Assembly (NCBI GenBank): GCA_964509755.1
Contig: CAZDYU010000005.1
Span: 524 to 64,523 of the forward strand
From: an uncultured Terracidiphilus sp.
GTDB lineage: Bacteria; Acidobacteriota; Terriglobia; Terriglobales; Acidobacteriaceae
Direction of reading: 5' to 3'
DNA length: 64,000 bases
Notes under the pieces: model-generated
Databases searched by the model: none
Seen by the model: the letters and a program-made list of their open reading frames with translations, nothing else
What the model was told of the DNA's origin: nothing
In this document: in pieces, positions 9,118 to 16,712 of the stretch
How positions within the stretch are numbered: the first letter of the stretch is position 1
Layout of the letters: every line of letters starts with the position of its first letter
Translations under genes and position numbers: made by a program

Positions 9118-9852
9118 ATGCAATTAATTCCCAAAGGCTGCCAGTGTTGCATTGAAGGAAAAAAACGCCAGGTCCACCTGACGTACTCCTGCACAAGGCA
9201 CTGTGGCTTTTGTCCAATCCCAGCCGAAAAGTTCGGTCGGGATGTCGTTGAATACGAGAACTGCGAATATCCGGCACGCAACTTTGAGCGCGCTATTGAA
9301 ATGGCGTGCGGCGATCCTCAAGCCCAGGGTTTGGCTCTCAGTGGTGGTGAGCCAACCTTGGTATCGGAACGGCTTATACTCGCCATCCGAATTGCAAAAA
9401 GACTTCGCGGGGCTTCCTTTCATGTTCATGCATACACAAACGGCGCCTTCCTCTTCAATGACTTGATCGTGGCTCTCGAGGAGGCCGGTCTCGATGAACT
9501 CCGCGTAAACTCCCTGAACGTCAACGTCTTCAGCAGACTGCGAGCCGCCCGCTTCGATGTGATTTGCGAAGTGCCCTGTATACCGCGCGAACCCTATATC
9601 CAGGCACTGATAAGGCTTGGAGAACAATGCGCTGCTCTTCAAATCAATGGTATAACTCTCAACGAGTTTGAGGTTACCAGAGAAAACCTTGACTTTGTTC
9701 GGCGTTTGGGAAATCTTGCGATCACAAATCACCGCCTCCCAGAAAGCGCCGTATTCGCAGAGCGCATCCGCGCTGCAATTGGCTCTCGAGTGCCACTGTT
9801 TTTTTGTACATCCGAGATCGCGGAACAGATTCGAATTGCCCGTAACCGTTAG
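9118..9852 (+). CDS. Radical SAM protein, COG2108-like, no SPASM domain
   Basis: CTRHCGFC, LSGGEP, HAYTNG, AGLDELR; N-terminal PKGCQCCIEGKK; ATG at 9118 chosen over GTG at 9049. Confidence 0.85.
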   Translation: MQLIPKGCQCCIEGKKRQVHLTYSCTRHCGFCPIPAEKFGRDVVEYENCEYPARNFERAIEMACGDPQAQGLALSGGEPTLVSERLILAIRIAKRLRGASFHVHAYTNGAFLFNDLIVALEEAGLDELRVNSLNVNVFSRLRAARFDVICEVPCIPREPYIQALIRLGEQCAALQINGITLNEFEVTRENLDFVRRLGNLAITNHRLPESAVFAERIRAAIGSRVPLFFCTSEIAEQIRIARNR

Positions 9853-9857
9853 GTCAC

Positions 9858-10778
9858 TTGAGCGAACCATTTATGTCGTTGAGTCGGGTCAAGCTTGCTC
9901 TCACGAATCGTTGCAACCTTAATTGCGCACACTGCTATCTGGGCGGGAGGCATTGCGGTGATATGTGCCCGTCAACCGCTCAATCGAGAATGGAGGAGGC
10001 ACGATCTCTAGGAGCCCGCATCGTTGATTTGACGGGAGGCGAACCAACAATGCATCCGAGTTTTCGTGAGATTGTTGAAATGGCCGCATCTCTTTCTTTC
10101 GACACGATCAACGTCAGCACGAATGGAGTTCGTCTTCCCGGAAATGTTCTTGAATGCATGAGTCTTCATAGCGTCAAATGCAATGTCAGCCTTGACGGCG
10201 CAAGCGAGGATACAGTCAAAGCCATTCGAGGGCCTGGAGTATTTCGGCTTATCATCGAGGGACTAAATGAATTTTCTAGGCGCAAGATTCCGTTCTCATT
10301 GCGCTTTTGCGTCAACAAGCTAAACTATTGCGAGACCGAGAAGATGCTTCAGTTGGCGCGGGACTATGCGGTCAAAGCCTCTTTGGAGCCTACCCAGTTT
10401 TGCGGCAATGCACAGCCGCAACTTCTCCTCAATGTATCTCAATGTTGTGAAGTCAAAGATCGAATTCGAAAATATCTTTCGTCTTCCAAGGTTCAAATCG
10501 AAGAGAGTTTCAATGGCCCTTTGCCCTGCGACGGCGGGCAATCGGATCTTATTTCAATTGCCATTAACGGTGAAGCGGTGCCATGCCTGATGATGATTGA
10601 GTCGTGCGGCGTTGAGTGCGTCAAAACCCTCTCGGCTATGATTGAAGAACTTGCCGGCGCCAAAAGAAAACTCCGGGAGTTTCGGCCTGCGAATAAATGT
10701 TGCATTGCTTGTACTCATTATGGCCTCTGCATGTCGGGCTGCGCTGTCACTGCAAATGCAATGGGCTGCCTGCAATAA
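9858..10778 (+). CDS. Radical SAM/SPASM domain protein
   Basis: LTNRCNLNCAHCY and TGGEPT; C-terminal CDGG..GEAVPC..CIACTHYGLCMSGC; start may be ATG at 9873. Confidence 0.9.
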   Translation: MSEPFMSLSRVKLALTNRCNLNCAHCYLGGRHCGDMCPSTAQSRMEEARSLGARIVDLTGGEPTMHPSFREIVEMAASLSFDTINVSTNGVRLPGNVLECMSLHSVKCNVSLDGASEDTVKAIRGPGVFRLIIEGLNEFSRRKIPFSLRFCVNKLNYCETEKMLQLARDYAVKASLEPTQFCGNAQPQLLLNVSQCCEVKDRIRKYLSSSKVQIEESFNGPLPCDGGQSDLISIAINGEAVPCLMMIESCGVECVKTLSAMIEELAGAKRKLREFRPANKCCIACTHYGLCMSGCAVTANAMGCLQ

Positions 10779-10802
10779 CCTCTTGCGGAAAGTTGGAGTG
10801 CC

Positions 10803-12101
10803 ATGGACATGTCGTCGGCGGTTTTTTCTTACAAGTGCAGGCTTGATGAGGGTATTCTCTTTAGTCCAAATACCGGTGCGGAGATACGGCTCAATGAATC
10901 GGCTATTGCCATCGTTCGTTCGCTTCTCGCCGGGCAGTCTCCAGCCGAAATTGCTCTTGCGATTTCTCGCGAGTATTCTGTCAAGAAAAGCGATGCTCTG
11001 AATGACATTCATGAGCTCTTGCAATGCATTGCCAATCCGCCCGGCGACAGTTGCGTTGAGATAGAAAAGGATCTCCCTTCTCTTCCTGCATTTCCTTTTG
11101 CTTTGGAGATTGAACTGACGCAGAGATGCAACTGGAGCTGTTCATTCTGTTATAACTCGTTGCGTAGTGGCGGAGCCTACAAAGGAGCGGCGTTTATTGA
11201 CTCGGATCTGGTGATGCATATGCTGGATGAATGCGCTGAGGAAGGGTTGTTGAGGGTGCGGTACAGCGGCGGGGAACCGACGTTGCATCCGAAACTAAAT
11301 GATTTTATCAGCCGCGCACACGAACTTGGCCTCTATCAAATCATCTTTACAAACGGTTCCCGGCTGGAGCCGAAGTTTATTGAACTTTGGCACAAGCACG
11401 GCGTGCGGGAGGTGATGCTTTCTCTTCATGGTCCGCAAGAGATCCACGACTCCCTGGTGCGAGTGCGGAATGGGTATTCGCGCGTGTGTTCCGCTGTTCA
11501 ACTATGCAGAGAAGCCGGCCTCAAGGTGGTGTTAGAAATGACACTTGTGCGCCACAACCAACAATTCGTCGCCGACACGATGCGTATTGCCGGGCAGCTT
11601 GGCGTCTCTGAGTTTCGAATTATGCGGTATGTCCCGCGAAGCGAGTTCGATACCAGCGGACATGCCATCAGTGATGAAAGTTTCAAAGAGATTGTTGACA
11701 TGGTTGGAAATAGGCCTGCTGCTGATGCGTTGCGGGTGCTTTTTCCTTGCTCGCAGCGCTATTGTCTCAGCGTTAGCCCCAAGCCGATCGAAGACTCAGT
11801 TGAGATTCAGAACCGGTCCCGGGTTTTGCTTGGGCATTGTCGCGCAGGCTTGAATTGGGTATCAATCTCTCAGGCAGGAGAGCTGCGGCTTTGTCCCCAT
11901 TCAACCCGCGGCCTTGGAAACCTGCGAGATGCTGGTTCAATCAAATCGCTTTGGTCGCAGAATGTAAAACCGGTTGCGGCGAACCTGTTAGCTGCCGGTG
12001 CCGAACATTGCGGGGGCTGTGTCGCGGCTAATCGCTGTGCAGGTGGGTGCCCCCTTCGGAATTCGGCTTTATTGGCGGTTGGCGCCAGTACCCAAAACTA
12101 A
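10803..12101 (+). CDS. PqqD/RRE-fused radical SAM/SPASM peptide maturase
   Basis: N-terminal RRE-like segment (LFSPNTG..RLNESAIAIV..EIALAISREYSV..DIHELL); CNWSCSFC, SGGEPT; SPASM CRAG..GELRLC..CGGC..RCAGGC. Confidence 0.9.
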   Translation: MDMSSAVFSYKCRLDEGILFSPNTGAEIRLNESAIAIVRSLLAGQSPAEIALAISREYSVKKSDALNDIHELLQCIANPPGDSCVEIEKDLPSLPAFPFALEIELTQRCNWSCSFCYNSLRSGGAYKGAAFIDSDLVMHMLDECAEEGLLRVRYSGGEPTLHPKLNDFISRAHELGLYQIIFTNGSRLEPKFIELWHKHGVREVMLSLHGPQEIHDSLVRVRNGYSRVCSAVQLCREAGLKVVLEMTLVRHNQQFVADTMRIAGQLGVSEFRIMRYVPRSEFDTSGHAISDESFKEIVDMVGNRPAADALRVLFPCSQRYCLSVSPKPIEDSVEIQNRSRVLLGHCRAGLNWVSISQAGELRLCPHSTRGLGNLRDAGSIKSLWSQNVKPVAANLLAAGAEHCGGCVAANRCAGGCPLRNSALLAVGASTQN

Positions 12102-12137
12102 AACCGGGCGGGTTGCTCAGATCTGACAACTACCATT

Positions 12138-12173
12138 GGATTCCCATGTCTGGATTTTTAAACATGGGAATCC
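12138..12173. terminator. Hairpin between convergent genes
   Basis: GGATTCCCATGT / ACATGGGAATCC inverted repeat. Confidence 0.55.
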
Positions 12174-12195
12174 GCGAACCTCAACCGGCCATCCG

Positions 12196-14136
12196 CTACG
12201 CCTTCGGATCGACCTTCCAGTAAACCCCGTAGCGGCCATGAAGGACGCGATAGAGCGGCTCAATCTCGACTTCATCTTTTTGCCCCGCGAGTCGAAAGAC
12301 CAAAGGCCCACCAGCAACCGGCTCAACCCAGGCCGGCGCTGCCGCGGGATCGGCGTGAATTGTCGGTGCCTTGAAGCCGTCATCCAGCTTCGGCTCATTG
12401 TGATTCTGCTCTACAACGTGATCTTCCGGCGCTGCGCCAAACTTGCCGGCAAGCACAAGCGGCCCGTACATCACAGCCTGCACACTCTCGTCGTCCGGCA
12501 TCCGATCGGCGCGCAAACGCATCGGCATCTGCAACTCGATCTTGTCGCCGGCGCGCCACTGCCGCGTCAGTTCCAGATAACTCGACGGACTGGAATAGTA
12601 CGGCAGCCGCTCGCCATTCAGCAGCACCGCGCCGCCCGCGGCCCAGTAAGGCACGCGCACGCGCAGCTTCATTGGTTTGTCCGGCGCAGTCAGAATGCTC
12701 AACACGGTCGAACTCTGCTCCGGGAAGGTTGTCGATTGCCGCAGCCTGAGACCCTTCTCCCGCCAATCCAGTTCCGAATCGATGAAGAGGTTGACGTAGA
12801 GCGAGTCGCCGTCGTGATAGTAAATCGTGTCAGTCAGCTTGGCATACTCTTCGTAGGCCGTGCCGGTGCAGCACCACATGCGGTTGAAGTCACCGCCAAA
12901 GACCTTCCACGCTCCGCTGGCCAACGGCAGAAAGTAGATCGCGTGTCCATTCTCCGGATCGATGGTGCCCAGGCGGTGATTCACCAGCAGCCGCTCGTAG
13001 TAATCCATATAACGCGCGTCGGGCGACCAGGCAAAGAGATGGCGCGTCAGCTTCATCATGTTGTAAGCGCAGCAGCACTCGGCGGTGCCGCCGCTGAGTT
13101 CTTTGGCAAGTTTGCCGGGCTCGCTTGCCCAAAACTCGTTGTTGCTCGTTCCTCCGGTGCAGTAACAGCGTTCGCTTGTCACTTCGTGCCAGAACCAGTG
13201 CGCAATCTCGCGCTGACGGCTGTCGCCCTCAACCTCGTAGCGCCGGGCTGCGGCAATCATCTTCGGGATATTGGTATTGGCATGAAAGCCCGTGAGCTTG
13301 TCCTGATGATTGGCCAGCGGATCCAGCATCAGGCGATGATCGAAGCGGTGCGAGAGATCAAGATAGCGCTGCTTGCCGGTGACGCCATAAAGACTGGACA
13401 GCACCTCGCCCATGCCGCCAAACTCCGTGCGCATCATCTGCTGGAAGAGCGCATCGCTGATTGGATCAAGATAGCGCCCAACCCAGCCCGCCATCGCCTC
13501 GCAGACCTCAAGCGCCTGCGTGTTGCCCGTCTGCACATACATCTCCAGCAGGCCGGCCATGATCTTGTGATAGGTGTAAAACGGCGCCCACACATCCTGC
13601 AGATTGCGCAGGCGCTCGTAATTTTCCGACGGATACGCGCCCAGATAACCGTTCTCATTCAGCTTCTTCTGGCATTGCCAAAGGCCGTCAACCACCTGCG
13701 CGGCGTTGCGCTTGATCTCCTCATCGCCAGCCGAGGCGTAGAGCAGCGCGCTGGCTGAAAGATAATGCCCGCCCGCGATATGTCCGCGCAACTCGCATCC
13801 CGGATCTTCCCAGCCGCCCAATGGCTTGGCTGTGCTGGGCAAGCCCGCCGTCAGGCGGAAGCTGTGCAGCAGGCTGTCGACCGGCAGGCGATGCAGCATC
13901 CCGCGATTGGCCTCCATGGCGCGCGCAAAGGGCCCTTGCGTACCCAGTCTCACCTGCGTCAGCGGAAAGGGCCGCACCGCATTGGCAATTTTGTCGCCCG
14001 GCATCGCAGGCGCGGCCGCGGCAACTTCAGCCGTCGAGGCAAGCGTGCTGGCAAACAGTTCCGTGGGAAGTATCGATGAGCCAGCCACTACGGCGGCGGA
14101 GGAAAGAAACGTACGGCGAGTGAGATTGCGCGGCAT
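12196..14136 (-). CDS. GH127-family beta-L-arabinofuranosidase-like glycoside hydrolase with Tat signal
   Basis: TRRTFL Tat motif; GGWE..ELRGH..GHYLSA, EFGGM, HANTNIPK, ECCCAYNM, WCCTGT. Confidence 0.88.
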   Translation of the reverse strand: MPRNLTRRTFLSSAAVVAGSSILPTELFASTLASTAEVAAAAPAMPGDKIANAVRPFPLTQVRLGTQGPFARAMEANRGMLHRLPVDSLLHSFRLTAGLPSTAKPLGGWEDPGCELRGHIAGGHYLSASALLYASAGDEEIKRNAAQVVDGLWQCQKKLNENGYLGAYPSENYERLRNLQDVWAPFYTYHKIMAGLLEMYVQTGNTQALEVCEAMAGWVGRYLDPISDALFQQMMRTEFGGMGEVLSSLYGVTGKQRYLDLSHRFDHRLMLDPLANHQDKLTGFHANTNIPKMIAAARRYEVEGDSRQREIAHWFWHEVTSERCYCTGGTSNNEFWASEPGKLAKELSGGTAECCCAYNMMKLTRHLFAWSPDARYMDYYERLLVNHRLGTIDPENGHAIYFLPLASGAWKVFGGDFNRMWCCTGTAYEEYAKLTDTIYYHDGDSLYVNLFIDSELDWREKGLRLRQSTTFPEQSSTVLSILTAPDKPMKLRVRVPYWAAGGAVLLNGERLPYYSSPSSYLELTRQWRAGDKIELQMPMRLRADRMPDDESVQAVMYGPLVLAGKFGAAPEDHVVEQNHNEPKLDDGFKAPTIHADPAAAPAWVEPVAGGPLVFRLAGQKDEVEIEPLYRVLHGRYGVYWKVDPKA

Positions 14137-14442
14137 GAGAAGCGTCCTTTGCGGCAGTTGACGGTGAACGCCAGTGCCTGCCATCATCCCCTAATTCTAG
14201 CGCCATCACCCAACCTGGAAAATCCGCTCAATGCGTCACCGCGAATGTAAACATGGCCTTGATTTCTTCAGTTTCAGATCGGCTCGTATCCCAATTTGAG
14301 TCAGCGCTCATCTATCGAATCTGCAAGAAGAACGCAAAAACGCAAACCTGAAGCGTCCCGGAAAATGCTGGAATTCTATTACAACCGCTTCATAGCCAGC
14401 GGTGCTCCAATCGAAAATAACAGCCTTAGCCCAGGGCCGCCT

Positions 14443-16134
14443 CTACCACTGCGCCCAGTCGCCCATACTCAGAACCCAGGCGGCCAGAAGCAGATTGCTG
14501 ACCGCGTGCGCAACCACCGCGTCGCCGAAGCGCCCACGCCAACGCAGCGCCAGGGCAAACACCAATCCAGCCAACGTGCCGAGCAAAAGGTGCTGCCAAT
14601 CCATCAGGTTCTTCATGTGCTCCAGGCCGAAGACCGCCGAAGAGACGCCAATCGAGAACACGGTCAGACCGGTAAACGCAACGGCGTCAAACTCTCGGCT
14701 GACAAACCGGCGCGCCAGATAACCGCGAAAAGCCAACTCCTCGGCGATGGGCACGGTGATCACAGCCGCAGCCACGCGGAAGCCGATCCAGGCCCAGCGT
14801 GCGGTGGGTGAGAGCGCGGCCAGGTCAGCGCCCAGGCGGCTGGTCGCATGGGAATAACCCAGCCAAGCCGGGGCAATCCACGCCAGAAATACTGCGCCGC
14901 CGGCAGTCGGCCCCAGCCAGCCAAAACGCCAGTTGAGCTTTTTCAGTTCCGGCCAAAAATAACAGATGGCAATGGCGCCGACCAAAAATCGCACCGGGTA
15001 AAAGTGGTCAAAGTAGCCGGAAAACATCTTGGTGACAAAGGTTGCGCCCAGAATCGCAAGAAATGGGATCAGATAGGCGCGGATTGCCGAGGATTCCCCA
15101 AGGTATTCGCCGGAGTGCTGCACGGCGGCTCTTTCGCTCTGCCCCGGAGTGGACGTCGCAGGTATCTTCCGCACCCAGCTGAGCCTTTGAGTAGCCATTG
15201 AAAAAGCCAGCGCGACCGCGGTAAAGGCGATCCAGCCGAAGTGCGAATGGAAACCCACATCGGAGACTTCATTGCTGTACAAGTCGCCGATCAGAAAGAG
15301 AGCAACGAGCCGCACCACATTGAGCACCCAAATCAGTACCAGGCCGCAAGGGATGAGAAGAAGCACCTGCGGAAAGCGGCACTCTTTTCTGTAATACCAG
15401 AGCCAGATCGAAGTGAACGCAAAGATCAGTCCCAGCCCCTCCATGCCGGAGCAGGGGTAGGCAATCTCCATGTCGCAGCGCGGAGTGCGAATGGTAAAGG
15501 TAGCGGCATCGACGGTGGCGTCAGGCCGTAAATGGTGCAGAACCGCCTGCACCGATGCGAATGTGGCTCGCTGCAAACTGTGGCCAACGCTGGTGCCCGA
15601 GGCGTCCCATAAGCTCTGCGACGGAACCAGCAACGACCATGCGAGCAAGCCGGCGATGCAGGCATACAGCCACAACAGGCCGGTGCCTCGAATCGTATTG
15701 ACCCAGGCGCGAAGCGGTATGCAGGCCAGCGCCAGCAGCGGTACTTTAATGTAAAAAAGGGTGGTGATGGCGACGGTTGCAGCCTGTGGATACCAGCCGC
15801 CCGCCCGGTGGGATGCAACGGCGTGAATCCCCAGCATGGCGGCAACACAGGCCAGGTACCCGCCCAAAAAAAGAAAGTTGAAGTGTATGGGATCCCGCTG
15901 AGCCTTTAACCAGGAATGTCCCAAGCCCAAAAAAACTGCAAATGAAACGATCGCAGTTGGTGTAACCCCCAAATGTATGCCCGGCACAATTTTAAGAGGA
16001 CCGAGAACCAGAATCGCCTCAGCCGCAAAAATAAATGCGAGAAGATAGAGACGCCCCAGAAGCCTGCAATGCAGGGCTGCATAAGCACCTGACTGGGGAC
16101 ACTGATCCCGAGCCGAGCAACCATCGGATTTCAT
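14443..16134 (-). CDS. Exosortase E / CAAX-protease fusion (VPEID-CTERM system-like)
   Basis: Exosortase motifs IAYPCSGMEG, LNVVRL, GFHSHFGW; CPBP motifs PIAEELAFRGYL, FGLEH, HAVSN; multi-TM. Confidence 0.85.
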   Translation of the reverse strand: MKSDGCSARDQCPQSGAYAALHCRLLGRLYLLAFIFAAEAILVLGPLKIVPGIHLGVTPTAIVSFAVFLGLGHSWLKAQRDPIHFNFLFLGGYLACVAAMLGIHAVASHRAGGWYPQAATVAITTLFYIKVPLLALACIPLRAWVNTIRGTGLLWLYACIAGLLAWSLLVPSQSLWDASGTSVGHSLQRATFASVQAVLHHLRPDATVDAATFTIRTPRCDMEIAYPCSGMEGLGLIFAFTSIWLWYYRKECRFPQVLLLIPCGLVLIWVLNVVRLVALFLIGDLYSNEVSDVGFHSHFGWIAFTAVALAFSMATQRLSWVRKIPATSTPGQSERAAVQHSGEYLGESSAIRAYLIPFLAILGATFVTKMFSGYFDHFYPVRFLVGAIAICYFWPELKKLNWRFGWLGPTAGGAVFLAWIAPAWLGYSHATSRLGADLAALSPTARWAWIGFRVAAAVITVPIAEELAFRGYLARRFVSREFDAVAFTGLTVFSIGVSSAVFGLEHMKNLMDWQHLLLGTLAGLVFALALRWRGRFGDAVVAHAVSNLLLAAWVLSMGDWAQW

Positions 16135-16151
16135 TCTTCTATCGGTTCCGT

Positions 16152-16331
16152 TTACTTCTTGCGCCGAACGCGAAGAACCGCCAAGGTTCCAGCAAGCAAA
16201 GTGAGACCGCTGATTGCAAGACTGGGATCAACCTCGGGCCTTCTGTCAAAAGCCATGCCATGAGCGGCTACGCATGAAGCCAACGCAAAACCCAGAACCA
16301 CAAGTGTGTTATTCAGCAGATTCTTCGACAT
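16152..16331 (-). CDS. Small exosortase substrate, VPEID-CTERM-like (59 aa)
   Basis: Signal peptide, then PEVDPS, a hydrophobic helix and basic tail RVRRKK; directly upstream of the exosortase. Confidence 0.8.
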   Translation of the reverse strand: MSKNLLNNTLVVLGFALASCVAAHGMAFDRRPEVDPSLAISGLTLLAGTLAVLRVRRKK

Positions 16332-16712
16332 TTGCAAATCCTTTCTGTGTTTCTCAAGAAAGACCAAATTCGTTGAAGATCGGGGATTCCAAAATAATTG
16401 GCCCAATGCAGCCTTGCTGGCCTTTTTAAATCTCGGCTGGCGCGCAACATAACCAGCCTGTAGGCCTGTTACAAGAACCTCGCTTCACGAGCCTTCTCAA
16501 GTCGTCTGCCCGGCAGGGGAATTTCCGGAGTACGCAGCATCTCCGTAAAACAACTCGGAGCCCGTTACTGAGAATTCTAACATAAACAAAGCACAGCCCA
16601 ACAAGGGCATTTTACGGAAACAAAGTAACCGGTTAAAGCGTTACCGAATCGGCTTATGTGAACAATCTATTGGAGTTGTAAATGCTCACGGCAATTGAAG
16701 CCCGCAAGCCCC

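Noticed and set aside
12136..13758. Long plus-strand ORF (540 aa) and similar antisense ORFs (7026-8543, 61723-63120)
   Set aside because: Shadow ORFs opposite well-supported genes, expected at high GC
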